Sequence record: SRR20825006_1783
Direction: 5' to 3' (one strand)
DNA length: 44,553 nt
Shown piece after piece: positions 25,762 to 35,357 of the stretch. The position numbers and the translations under genes were made by a program. The notes under the pieces were generated by a model that saw only the letters and a list, made by a program, of their open reading frames with translations, did not search any database and had not been told where the DNA came from. Each line of letters starts with the position of its first letter. Position 1 is the stretch's first letter.

Positions 25762-25907
25762 TATCGGTCTCTCCAAGTCCCGTTTTCGTCGCGTGGATTA
25801 TAGAATAACACATATGTATCAGTATGATGCGGTGATTTTTCCAATAACTAAAGAACTCCCCGCGAAGGGCGTCATACCATCAAAATGCACCAATAGGGAA
25901 TGTGAAA

Positions 25908-26930
25908 ATGAACATGAAACTTAAAAAGATCGCCGCCACGGCGACAACCATCGCACTCTTCTCTGGCGCGGCGTTTGCCGACACGGTTCTCACCATGAAC
26001 AGCTGGCTGCCCCCGACCCATCCGCAAGTGGCGGAGTTGTTCGTGCCATGGGCGTCGGACATTGAAAAAGTCACCGAAGGTCGCGTTAAAATCAACATCT
26101 TGCCCGCTCCGCTTGGCCCGCCCCCCGCGGCGTTTGATTTGGCCAAAAACGGCATCGCCGACATCACGTATTCGGTGCATGGCTACACGCCGGGTCGGTT
26201 TAAGACCTCCGTTTTGGGGGAGATGCCGTTCCTTTCCGATGATGCCGTGGCCACGTCTGTTGCCTTTTGGAGGGTTCAAGACGCGATGCTGAAAGACGCG
26301 GGCGAATACGACGGCGTTAAGGTTTTGACCGTGTTCACCCATGGCCCTGGCGAGATTTTCTCGCGCAAACCCATTGAGACCGCAGAAGATGTGTCGGGTC
26401 AAAAAATCCGTATCGGGTCCACTATGGCGCATGACATTGCGACCAATCTGGGGGCGGTTCCGGTCGAAGGCCCGTCGTCCAAAGCCTATGAGCTTTTGAG
26501 CCAAGGTGTCGCGGACGGGATTTTCTTTCCCTTTGAAACAGTAACCTTTTTTAGCCTCGAAGACATCTTGGACTATGGCTACACCGTGAAAGGCGGGCTT
26601 TATAATTCCGCCATGTTCGTGGTCATGAATGAAGCCAAATGGAACAGCATTTCGGCTGAGGACCAGGCCCTCATCGAACCTCTTTTGGGCGAAGCTTTCG
26701 CGCGTCGTGCGGGCGAAATGTGGAATGCTGCCGACGCCAAGGGTCGGGCTGAGATGGAGGGAAAAATCACCATCAAAGCTGCCTCTGACGAGGAGGTAGC
26801 CGCGCTCAAGACCCGTCTTGCGCCGATTGTGGAAGAGCGGATCGCGCAGATCACAGAAGCGGGTGTCGATGGTCAAGCGGCCTATGACATGATGCTGTCC
26901 GAGATCGCTAAAATCGAGTCTGAAAAATGA
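25908..26930 (+). CDS. dctP: TRAP substrate-binding protein (aromatic-acid type)
   Basis: Signal peptide; SWLPPTHP, TEGRVKI, GYTPGRF, HGPG, KIRIG, YELLSQGVADG. Divergent from iacR. Confidence 0.9.
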   Translation: MNMKLKKIAATATTIALFSGAAFADTVLTMNSWLPPTHPQVAELFVPWASDIEKVTEGRVKINILPAPLGPPPAAFDLAKNGIADITYSVHGYTPGRFKTSVLGEMPFLSDDAVATSVAFWRVQDAMLKDAGEYDGVKVLTVFTHGPGEIFSRKPIETAEDVSGQKIRIGSTMAHDIATNLGAVPVEGPSSKAYELLSQGVADGIFFPFETVTFFSLEDILDYGYTVKGGLYNSAMFVVMNEAKWNSISAEDQALIEPLLGEAFARRAGEMWNAADAKGRAEMEGKITIKAASDEEVAALKTRLAPIVEERIAQITEAGVDGQAAYDMMLSEIAKIESEK

Positions 26931-27448
26931 TGAACCTGTCCGAACTCATTGCCGGGCATCACGAGGATGGGCTGCCGCGCGCGGTGGCCCGACCTTTTCA
27001 CCATGTGATTGCTTGGCTTTGCGCCGTGCTGTTGATCCTGATGATGGGCTTGACCGTCTTCGACGTGTTGGGGCGCTATTTGGTGAATGCGCCGGTGCCG
27101 GGGTCGACGGAACTGACCGAAATGCTCTTGGCCGCGATCATTTTTTTGGGTCTCCCGGCGGCGAGCCTTGACCGGGAACATGTGACGGTCGATCTCTTTA
27201 TTGACCGCCTGCCGGATTGGATCAATCGGCTGCGTGAACCTGTGGTTTTGCTGATGTCGGCGGGTGTGCTTGGCGTCATTGCCTGGCGTCTTTGGATCAC
27301 TGCGGCTCAGGTCGCCAGCTATGGCGGCACCACTGCGACATTGGAACTGCCCGTGGCCCCCATCGGGTATCTTGCCTCTTCCCTGACTTGGGTCGCGGTG
27401 GCACTCACCCTAGCCGAAGTCTTTTATCGCCCGAAAAAGGAGGCCTGA
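26927..27448 (+). CDS. dctQ: TRAP small permease
   Basis: DVLGRY..NAPVPGS.ELTE, HVTVDLF; 4 TM. Confidence 0.9.
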   Translation: MMNLSELIAGHHEDGLPRAVARPFHHVIAWLCAVLLILMMGLTVFDVLGRYLVNAPVPGSTELTEMLLAAIIFLGLPAASLDREHVTVDLFIDRLPDWINRLREPVVLLMSAGVLGVIAWRLWITAAQVASYGGTTATLELPVAPIGYLASSLTWVAVALTLAEVFYRPKKEA

Positions 27449-28752
27449 TGATGGCTCAACTTATGGCCCATTGGGAATTCGGGACGCTTGTCCTCTTTAT
27501 CCTGTTGTTTCTTGGCGTTCCGATTTCCTTTGCCTTGGCTCTGATCGGCACGGCGGGCACGGCGGCCATCATTGGCTGGTCCCCATCTTTTTCGCTTTTG
27601 GGGCAAACCTATTTCGAACACAGCCGCAGCTATTCGCTGTCGATCCTGCCGCTGTTTTTGATGATGGGGAATTTCGTGGTGCAATCGGGCATCGCGCGCG
27701 ATCTCTATTCTGCGGCTTACGCATGGCTTCGCCATCGCAAGGGCGGGTTGGCCGTGGCGACCGTTGTGGCCTGTGGTGGGTTTTCGTCGGTCTGCGGATC
27801 GTCCTTGGCGACCGCGTCGACCATGGCAAAAATCGCCCTGCCGAACATGCGTAAATTTGGTTACCCGGACAGTCTTTCGACCGCCTCCATCGCGGCGGGG
27901 GGCACCTTGGGCATCCTGATTCCGCCGTCCGTGATCTTGGTGTTTTACGGCATCATGACCCAGCAAGACATCGGCAAGCTGTTCCTCGCGGGCATCCTTC
28001 CGGGCATTTTGGGGGTGATCCTATATGCGCTTGCGGTTCGGATTTCGGTCCATTTTGGCAAGTTTGATTTGCCGATTGAGGCCAAGCTTCCGCTTAAGGA
28101 TCGCGTCATCGCCCTCAAAGGGGTCGCTGGGGCGCTTGGGCTGTTTGCCTTTGTCATGGGTGGCATTTATTTTGGCGTGTTCACCCCAACGGAAAGTGCC
28201 GGTATGGGGGCTGGGGGTGCGTTCCTTTTGGTGCTGTTGCAAGGGCGCCTGACCGTGACCAAAACGCTTGTCACCCTTTATGAGACGGCCAAAACCACAG
28301 CGATGATGTTCTTCATCCTGTTTGGCGCGCTCACATTCGCCAACTACGTCAACCTGTCCGGGATGAGCCGCGACATTCAGGTCTTGGTCACCTCCGTGGG
28401 CGATCACCCTTTGGCGGTGATTGGGATCATCACGGTGATTTACCTGATCCTTGGCTGTGTCCTTGAGGGCCTGTCGATGATCACGCTCACCGTCCCGATC
28501 TTTTATCCCATCGTCGCTGCGCAAGGGTTCGATCTGATTTGGTTTGGCATCTATGTCGTGATCGTCACTGAGGTGAGCTATATCACCCCGCCCGTTGGCC
28601 TAAACGCTTTCGTCCTCAAATCCGTGGTCAAAGACGTGCAGCTCAGCACGATCTTTCGCGGTCTTGGGCCTTTCCTTTTGGTGGATGTGTTGCGCGTGAT
28701 CTTGATCCTCGCGTTTCCGGCGCTCGTCTTGTTCGTTCCCAACATGATGTAG
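27448..28752 (+). CDS. dctM: TRAP large permease
   Basis: LGVPISFAL, CGSSLATASTM, AAGGTLGILIPPS, ITPPVGLN. SD AAGGAGG. Confidence 0.92.
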   Translation: MMAQLMAHWEFGTLVLFILLFLGVPISFALALIGTAGTAAIIGWSPSFSLLGQTYFEHSRSYSLSILPLFLMMGNFVVQSGIARDLYSAAYAWLRHRKGGLAVATVVACGGFSSVCGSSLATASTMAKIALPNMRKFGYPDSLSTASIAAGGTLGILIPPSVILVFYGIMTQQDIGKLFLAGILPGILGVILYALAVRISVHFGKFDLPIEAKLPLKDRVIALKGVAGALGLFAFVMGGIYFGVFTPTESAGMGAGGAFLLVLLQGRLTVTKTLVTLYETAKTTAMMFFILFGALTFANYVNLSGMSRDIQVLVTSVGDHPLAVIGIITVIYLILGCVLEGLSMITLTVPIFYPIVAAQGFDLIWFGIYVVIVTEVSYITPPVGLNAFVLKSVVKDVQLSTIFRGLGPFLLVDVLRVILILAFPALVLFVPNMM

Positions 28753-28767
28753 TGCGCTCACACCAAC

Positions 28768-28805
28768 TGCGGCGGGTCGTCCGGCAAGAGGCCCGCCGCA
28801 TTTTT
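28768..28805 (+). terminator. Intrinsic terminator-like hairpin after the second TRAP operon
   Basis: TGCGGCGGGTC-N11-GGCCCGCCGCA followed by TTTTT. Confidence 0.7.
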
Positions 28806-28839
28806 CTGTGCACTTGCCGTCCTGAGAGTTTGAAAATCC

Positions 28840-29898
28840 ATGAAAGACTTCACCTATCTGTCTCATCCGCGCCGTGTCCTTTTTGCGTCGGGCGCGCGCC
28901 GATCTCTTGGGGATGAACTCGATCGGTTGGGGATCACGCATCCGCTGATTTTGACCACACCACATCAAGAAAACGCCGTCGATGATCTGACTGAGGGGCT
29001 CATGGGGCGGAACTGGTCGCAGTTTTCCGGTGCTGCCATGCACACGCCGATAGAGGTCACCAAAGAGGCGCTGCGCAGCTATGAAAAGAGCAGCGCGGAT
29101 GGGGTTGTCTCCATCGGCGGCGGGTCGACCATCGGTTTGGGCAAAGCGCTTGCGGTGCGCCAAGGCTGTGCACACATCAGCCTGCCGACGACCTATTCCG
29201 GTTCTGAGATGACCGACATTTTGGGCGAAACCGATGGTGGTCAGAAAGTGACCCGTCGCGATGCCAAAATCCGTCCCGATACGGTGATTTATGATGTCGA
29301 TTTGACGCTGGGGCTGCCGGTCGGGCTTTCGGGGCTTTCGGGGATAAACGCCATGGCCCACGCGGTTGAGGCACTTTATGCCCCGGATGCCAATCCGGTC
29401 AGCGACCTCATGGCGCTGGAGGCCATCGGCGTTTTGGCCGAGGCGCTGCCAAAGCTCGCGGATGCGCCGCGAGACGCCGATATCCGCGCTCAATTGTTCT
29501 ACGGTTCGTGGCTCTGCGGTCTTTGTCTTGATAGCGCGGCGATGTCTCTGCACCACAAGATTTGCCACACGCTGGGTGGCAGTTTTGATTTGCCCCATGC
29601 CGAAACGCATACGGTCATGTTGCCGCATTCGCTTGCCTATAACGCCCCGGCGATTGCTCCGGTGATGGCGCGTTTGACATCTGTGCTTGGGGCCGATCCG
29701 GCACAGGCAATTTTTGATCTGTCCGGTCGTTTGGGGGCGCCACGCGCGCTGTCCGATCTGGGGATGCCCGAAAGTGGGATCGGCAAAGCGGCGCAGGTGG
29801 CGCTGAAAAGCCCCTATGCCAATCCTCGTCCGCTCGAAGAGGCGGCTTTGAGCGCGATGTTGACGCGCGCCTGGCATGGCGAGGCCCCGCAGTCATAA
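28840..29898 (+). CDS. Maleylacetate reductase (iron-containing alcohol dehydrogenase family)
   Basis: AAMHTP, GGGSTIGLGKA, PTTYSGSEMT, SGINAMAHAVEALY, MSLHHKICHTLGGSFDLPHAETHT, PYANPRP are MAR signature motifs. Confidence 0.92.
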   Translation: MKDFTYLSHPRRVLFASGARRSLGDELDRLGITHPLILTTPHQENAVDDLTEGLMGRNWSQFSGAAMHTPIEVTKEALRSYEKSSADGVVSIGGGSTIGLGKALAVRQGCAHISLPTTYSGSEMTDILGETDGGQKVTRRDAKIRPDTVIYDVDLTLGLPVGLSGLSGINAMAHAVEALYAPDANPVSDLMALEAIGVLAEALPKLADAPRDADIRAQLFYGSWLCGLCLDSAAMSLHHKICHTLGGSFDLPHAETHTVMLPHSLAYNAPAIAPVMARLTSVLGADPAQAIFDLSGRLGAPRALSDLGMPESGIGKAAQVALKSPYANPRPLEEAALSAMLTRAWHGEAPQS

Positions 29899-29922
29899 CC
29901 AAGTTTGGGAGGAGACGCTGAT

Positions 29923-30762
29923 ATGAGTGGCTATTTTGAAGAGAGTAAATCCGTAGAGGTGGTGAACGGCCGTATGGGCACGGATGTGCCGGAGCGGTTG
30001 GCCACGGTGATGCGCGCGCTGGTTGCGCATCTGCACGCGTTTGTCAAAGACGTGGAGCTGACCGAAGAGGAATGGGGCAAGGCGATCGAATTCCTCACCA
30101 GCACGGGCCAAATTTGTTCCGGTGAACGCCAGGAATTCATCCTGCTGTCGGATGTTTTGGGCGTGTCGATGTTGGTTGACGCGATCCAGAACCGCAAACC
30201 AAAGGGTGCGACGCCCTCCACCGTGTTTGGTCCGTTTCACGTTGAAGGCGCGCCAGAGCGTCCTATGGGCTTTGACATTTCACTGGACGGAAAAGGGGAA
30301 CGATGCCTGTTTGAAGGTCGGATTCTGGACATCGACGGCACTCCGATTGAGGGGGCTGTGATTGACGTGTGGTCCGACAATGCGGAGGGCTTTTACGATG
30401 TGCAACAGCCCGATATTCAGCCCAAATGGAACAATCGCGGGGTGTTTAAAACCGGGCCCGATGGGCGCTACTGGTTCTACGGGATCAAGCCGGTGTCCTA
30501 TCCGATCCCTGATGACGGCCCGGTTGGGCAAATGCTGGGCCATATCGGGCGGCATCCGTTCCGCCCGGCGCACACCCATTTTCGCGTGGTGGCGGAGGGC
30601 TATAAGCCGTTGATCACCCATACATTTGTGGCGGGCGACCCCTATCTTGAGGGCGATACGGTTTTTGGCGTGAAAGGCGATCTGATCGTTGATTTCGTCC
30701 AAGAGGATGAAGGCGAACGGACCGGAGAGTGGACGGCGCGGTTTGATTTTGTTTTGGTCTGA
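29923..30762 (+). CDS. Intradiol ring-cleavage dioxygenase, hydroxyquinol 1,2-dioxygenase type
   Basis: Fe ligands in FYDVQ, YPIP, RPAHTH. HQD-type residues RQEFILLSDVLG, TVFGPF, LITH, DTVFGVK. SD GGAGGAG, ATG 29923. Confidence 0.88.
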   Translation: MSGYFEESKSVEVVNGRMGTDVPERLATVMRALVAHLHAFVKDVELTEEEWGKAIEFLTSTGQICSGERQEFILLSDVLGVSMLVDAIQNRKPKGATPSTVFGPFHVEGAPERPMGFDISLDGKGERCLFEGRILDIDGTPIEGAVIDVWSDNAEGFYDVQQPDIQPKWNNRGVFKTGPDGRYWFYGIKPVSYPIPDDGPVGQMLGHIGRHPFRPAHTHFRVVAEGYKPLITHTFVAGDPYLEGDTVFGVKGDLIVDFVQEDEGERTGEWTARFDFVLV

Positions 30763-30785
30763 TCCAGAGCGACAGTTTCCACGAC

Positions 30786-30812
30786 AAAGGGGCGCCGTAA
30801 GGCGCCCCTTTT
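30786..30812. terminator. Bidirectional intrinsic terminator between the dioxygenase and tctA
   Basis: Perfect AAAGGGGCGCC-GTAA-GGCGCCCCTTT. Confidence 0.88.
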
Positions 30813-30829
30813 GCATTTCAGCTCAGTCT

Positions 30830-32314
30830 TTAATGCGCTATTTTCAAGCGATGATTTTGGATGGCCGCGCGGATTGAGGAGGCGATGATCACCACGATAA
30901 CGATGGCAAGGAACGCCGCAATCGGTCGGTCTACAAAGTCCAGCGGGCTGGTGACGCGGGCCATGGCGGCGCGGAGTTTGACCTCCATGATATTGCCCAA
31001 AACCATGCCAAGGATGATCGGAACCACCGGAAGGTGGAGCCGTTTGAGGATCAGCCCAAGCACCCCGAAGGCGGCGGCAATGGCGCAATCCACGGCGGAG
31101 TTGCGCAGCGAATAGACGCCGACAAAACTCAGCATCAGGATCATCATCCCCAAGAACCGCGTGGGGATGCGGATCAACCGGATCAGCCAGTTGGAGGAGA
31201 CCAGCATAAACAGAATGACGATCACGTTGAGCGCCAAAAGCGCGATGTAGAGCGCGTAGATAAAGTCGATATGATCGCGGAACAGCGCCGGGCCGGGCAC
31301 CACGTTGTGGACGTAGAACACCGACAACATCATCGCGGTCAACGCCTCGCCGGGGATGCCAAGCGCCAAAAGCGGGATCATCGCGGCGGCGGGCACGGCG
31401 TTGTTGGCGGATTCGGAGGCGACGAGGCCTTCTTCGGAGCCTTTTCCGAATTTTTCAGGCGTCTTGGACCGTTTGCGTGCCAGAGTGTAGCTCATGAATT
31501 GCGCGGTGAATTCGCCGACGCCGGGGATCATCCCCATAACCACACCAAAGAATGATCCGGTGGCGGCAACGCGTTTGTATTTGAGCACGCCGAGCATCTC
31601 TTTGCCCATGCCGCCTTTGACCGGGGCGGCGTCTGGGGCGCTTTCTGGATCGACGAGTAAGGAGAAGGCCTGAGAGATCGCGAACAGACCCAAAACCACC
31701 ACAATCAGGTCGAGACCAGAGGTCAGCCAGTCTTGGCCAAAGGTGAAGCGCATGGTGTATTTCACCGGCTCCATGCCAACGGATTGCAATAAAATCCCCA
31801 GACCTGCCATCATGCCCGCCGCCGCGATCTGGCCGCGGTGAGCGACGATGACCAAAACGATGCCAAGCAGGGCCGCAAGGAAGATTTCGCGCGCGCCAAA
31901 CATCGGGGCGATTTTGGCCAAGAGCGGCGACAACAGGATCAAGGCGAGGATCGATAGGATGCCGCTGAAAAATGACGCGCCATAGGCAAGGCCGAGCGCT
32001 TTGGTCGCCTCGCCGCGTTGGGTCATCGGGTAACCGTCATAGGTGGTCAGTGCGTTCACCGCCGTACCCGGCGTGTTGATCAAAACGGCGGGCAGCGATC
32101 CCCCAAACATCGAAGACCCGTAAATCCCCAACAGCATCACCAACCCAACCAGCGGCGGCAAGGCAAAGGTGGCGGGGAGTAGGATTGCGATCGCCACAGC
32201 GGGGCCAACGCCCGGAATGGCCCCGATGACCACGCCGCCAATGGAACCAATCATGAGGGCCACCAAGACGTCGAAACTCATCAGGAGGGAAAGACCGGAA
32301 AGAAGCGCATCCAT
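30830..32314 (-). CDS. tctA: Tripartite tricarboxylate transporter large permease
   Basis: GAIPGVGP, INTPGT..N.LTTYDGYPM, FGKGSEEGL.ASESANNA, PLLALGIPG. Confidence 0.92.
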   Translation of the reverse strand: MDALLSGLSLLMSFDVLVALMIGSIGGVVIGAIPGVGPAVAIAILLPATFALPPLVGLVMLLGIYGSSMFGGSLPAVLINTPGTAVNALTTYDGYPMTQRGEATKALGLAYGASFFSGILSILALILLSPLLAKIAPMFGAREIFLAALLGIVLVIVAHRGQIAAAGMMAGLGILLQSVGMEPVKYTMRFTFGQDWLTSGLDLIVVVLGLFAISQAFSLLVDPESAPDAAPVKGGMGKEMLGVLKYKRVAATGSFFGVVMGMIPGVGEFTAQFMSYTLARKRSKTPEKFGKGSEEGLVASESANNAVPAAAMIPLLALGIPGEALTAMMLSVFYVHNVVPGPALFRDHIDFIYALYIALLALNVIVILFMLVSSNWLIRLIRIPTRFLGMMILMLSFVGVYSLRNSAVDCAIAAAFGVLGLILKRLHLPVVPIILGMVLGNIMEVKLRAAMARVTSPLDFVDRPIAAFLAIVIVVIIASSIRAAIQNHRLKIAH

Positions 32315-32325
32315 TTCGGAAACCT

Positions 32326-32865
32326 TTAGAAATTGACCATCATGAAGGTGCGGATGCTGTCGGGAAGATAGGCATACAGCGCGCCTGAGGGCACTTTGAC
32401 ATTGAGGCCGGCCTTAAACACGGCGACGACTGCGAAGCCGAAGACGGCGGCAAGGGCGAAGCTTTGTGCGCTGCGATAGCCAAGACGCCAGACCAGCAGT
32501 ACGGAGAAGAGAATGGAGGCGGGCAGGTACCCGATCACGGGCACGGCGAGCACATAGGCCAAAAACCACGCCACGAATTCCAGCGACCGCGCCCAATAGA
32601 GCACCTCTTTGCCACGCCCCGGACTGCGTTCAGAGGCGATTGAGCCGATCAAATGTATTGCGCCGAACCCGACCATCATGAAAACTCCCACAGCAGGCCA
32701 GAATGCGGGCTGGGCAAACAGCGGGGTTTTTTCGACCCAGCGGGTTTCTTGCGGCAAAAGCATCAGGCTTACGAGGGCGAAGACCATGAAAGCCGTGGCA
32801 AACACGAAATCGCCGGGGCGACGTTGACGCTGAAACAGCTCAACAAAGGATTTTAGGCGCTCCAT
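32326..32865 (-). CDS. tctB: TTT small permease
   Basis: Small 4-5 TM protein between tctC and tctA; QPAFWP, GYLPASILF. Confidence 0.85.
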   Translation of the reverse strand: MERLKSFVELFQRQRRPGDFVFATAFMVFALVSLMLLPQETRWVEKTPLFAQPAFWPAVGVFMMVGFGAIHLIGSIASERSPGRGKEVLYWARSLEFVAWFLAYVLAVPVIGYLPASILFSVLLVWRLGYRSAQSFALAAVFGFAVVAVFKAGLNVKVPSGALYAYLPDSIRTFMMVNF

Positions 32866-32955
32866 GGCGTGGCTCCTAAGGCATGAAGAAGAGACGGGAC
32901 CCGAGCAGCCCCGTCGTCAGTATATGAGAGCAGTGATGTCATCGCAGGCGTGTGA

Positions 32956-33891
32956 TCAGTCAATGTAATCGCTGATCCGTTGAAGCGTTGCGGTATCTTT
33001 GAGCATCTGTGCTTCGGACGCATCAATGTCGAGCCAATAGATTTCGGCGCCTGTGTCTGCGGCAATTTGTTGTGCGGCATCAGAGTGGATCACTTTCTCA
33101 GCGATGGCCGCGATTTTGTCGCGGGCCACTTGCGGTGTGTCCTTATGCACGAACAGGCCATTCCATGTGGAGAACGGCAGGTCCGCTGCGATCTCTCCGG
33201 CTGTTGGGACATCCGGCAAAAGCGGAATGCGATTGTTGGTCACCGACATCAGAATGTTGAGATCATCCAGACAAGGACGGATCAATTGCAGTGTGGTGTT
33301 GATGACATCGGCGTCCCCGGAGGCGAGTGTGTTGCAATCGAGCGCATCGAAGGCCGCATCAGAAGCGTAGGAAAAGCCGAGCTCTTTGGCGAGAGCAAGC
33401 GTGTGACGCGCGGGGCTTGTTTCGGAGCCGAAATGGCCCAAAGCGACGTCGTGATCTTTGGCGTAGGCGGCAAGCTCTGCCATGGTGGTGTAGGGCGCGT
33501 CACCCGCTGCGGCGACGACGAACGGATAGCTCAAGAAAATGCCAACAGGCTCAAACGGGTTGGGGTCAAGCGGACCGATGCCAATGTATGGACCGACCAT
33601 GGGCACGTCGATCACGAAGGAGCCGACAGTGTAACCATCCGCCGGAGCCAGCGCCACGTCAACCGCACCGGGGAAGGGGCCACCGCCGCCGCCGGGTTTG
33701 TTCACCACGGCTGCGGGCACGCCGTAGGTGGCCTGAAATTCGTCCGCGATCATGCGGGTCAGGATGTCCTCCAAATCGCCGGGCGGAAAGGGAACGACAA
33801 ACTCAACGGGTTTTTCGGGATATTCGGCCGAAGCTGCCAAAGGCATAGCGGCAAGCACGGCGGCGGAGCCGATTTTCAAAAGCGTGGTCAT
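32956..33891 (-). CDS. tctC: TTT substrate-binding protein (TctC/Bug)
   Basis: Signal peptide, YPEKPVEFVVPFPPG, VVNKPGGGG, APADGYT, LPDVPT, WNGLFV. SD AGGAG. Confidence 0.9.
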   Translation of the reverse strand: MTTLLKIGSAAVLAAMPLAASAEYPEKPVEFVVPFPPGDLEDILTRMIADEFQATYGVPAAVVNKPGGGGGPFPGAVDVALAPADGYTVGSFVIDVPMVGPYIGIGPLDPNPFEPVGIFLSYPFVVAAAGDAPYTTMAELAAYAKDHDVALGHFGSETSPARHTLALAKELGFSYASDAAFDALDCNTLASGDADVINTTLQLIRPCLDDLNILMSVTNNRIPLLPDVPTAGEIAADLPFSTWNGLFVHKDTPQVARDKIAAIAEKVIHSDAAQQIAADTGAEIYWLDIDASEAQMLKDTATLQRISDYID

Positions 33892-34034
33892 AGTTTCTCC
33901 TGTCGAGCGTATCAGCGACTTTGTAGGCCGGTATTTGTTTTTATATGCGATGTACCGCCATCCAATGAGTCTGTGAGAGCATCAGAGGTCAGTTTCACTT
34001 TGCCCCCTAAACATGTCATCCACCCAGTTTTCCG

Positions 34035-34073
34035 CCATTGCAAAACGCGCCAAAAAAGCGATAATTTGCGCAA
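34035..34073 (-). promoter_or_regulatory. Candidate AraC-family activator site upstream of tctC
   Basis: Minus strand TTGCGCAAATTATCGCTTTTTTGGCGCGTTTTGCAATGG; 25 of 39 positions identical to the site at 35358-35396; half-sites 21 bp apart. Confidence 0.65.
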
Positions 34074-34106
34074 GTTCCTTTTCCAAACAGATGGAAATTT
34101 AAACAG

Positions 34107-35135
34107 ATGGCAGATGCGACGCACGGCCATGCAGCAATTCGCAGTACGGTGCTTGGATCCGTTCTTGATCGTTTGATTGCGCGAGGCGTTTCGACTCAGC
34201 CGCTTTTATCGAAACATGGAATGAGCCTTGATATATTGAAGGATCCCTATGCGCGACTTTCAGTGATGGAATACGCGGGATTTATGGAAAGTGCCGCCGC
34301 TCTATCCGGGGACGAGCATATCGGGGCCCGGATCGGAAGCGACATTCGTGCCGGGGATCTTGGTCCAATGGGCATCCTTTTGTCCCTTTCGCGGTCAATT
34401 TATGTCGGAATTGATCGGATTGTGCGGTCTACGCGGTCGCTTCAAACAGGCACCGAAGTTGCGCTCATCGAAAATGGCGATGATGTGTTTTGGTCCTATC
34501 GTTTGGTCGATGGCCACATCTGGCCCCGCAGGCAAGATGCGGAATTCACCCTTGTCGCAACCACGCAGGTGATCCGCGACAATTTTATCAGTCGCTGGGC
34601 GCCACAACAGGTTCATTTCGAACATGTGGAGCCAGAAAGCGCACAGTTTTTACGTCGATATTTTGGGTGCCCGGTGCTTTACGGTCAGGCGACAAACCGG
34701 CTGGTGATGGATCGTGGCCCGATGTTGGAGATTTACCGTGCGGAGGACACTGCGTTGGTGTCTATGTTGGAACGTCACATCGCGGATTTGATCGAGAAGA
34801 CACCGCGACGCTCCACGCTTACGGAAGCGACGCGCTCCATCGTCTCTTCGTCTCTCGGGTTGCGGCCCGTGTCGGTTGAGCGGGTGGCAGAAACCCTAGG
34901 CCTGTCCTCACGCAACCTTCAGCGCAAGCTGGCGGAAGAAGGCACAAGCGTTCGGATTTTACTTGATGAAATCCGGCGAACGCGAGCCGAAATGCTCTTG
35001 CAGGAAGGCACGCAAAGTGTTGGCCGCATTGCGACGGCATTGGGATACGCCGACGGCACAGCCTTTTGGCGCGCCCATAAACGATGGTCCGAACATTCGC
35101 CGCGCCAAGTGAAGGCATCGGGGTCGTCGCTATGA
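34107..35135 (+). CDS. AraC-family transcriptional regulator with N-terminal ligand-binding domain (OruR-like architecture)
   Basis: VHFEH, YFGCPVLYGQ.TNRL; C-terminal double HTH VAETLGLSSRNLQRKL..EG and IATALGYADGTAFWRAHKRW. Confidence 0.9.
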   Translation: MADATHGHAAIRSTVLGSVLDRLIARGVSTQPLLSKHGMSLDILKDPYARLSVMEYAGFMESAAALSGDEHIGARIGSDIRAGDLGPMGILLSLSRSIYVGIDRIVRSTRSLQTGTEVALIENGDDVFWSYRLVDGHIWPRRQDAEFTLVATTQVIRDNFISRWAPQQVHFEHVEPESAQFLRRYFGCPVLYGQATNRLVMDRGPMLEIYRAEDTALVSMLERHIADLIEKTPRRSTLTEATRSIVSSSLGLRPVSVERVAETLGLSSRNLQRKLAEEGTSVRILLDEIRRTRAEMLLQEGTQSVGRIATALGYADGTAFWRAHKRWSEHSPRQVKASGSSL

Positions 35136-35357
35136 CCGAGGGTGTTTTGCGCGACATGCGGGCAATCTGATCATGTGTGCCGCGCGGGGATTCGCTATGG
35201 GTGGCCATGGAAAATGCGCCACAACATCAAAGCGCTTAAATTTCGCGCAGACCTTAGAAAAACCCGCACAGAGATTGGAATCCTTGAAGATAAAGGGGTT
35301 CCGCGATGGCTGCGCCTAAATTGAAAATGCCGCTGCAGCGTGTGGATAAGGCTCGGA

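Noticed and set aside
29923-30762. Calling the dioxygenase catA (catechol 1,2-dioxygenase)
   Set aside because: Residues are hydroxyquinol-type (TVFGPF, not TIEGP), it is paired with maleylacetate reductase, and catBC are absent from the window.
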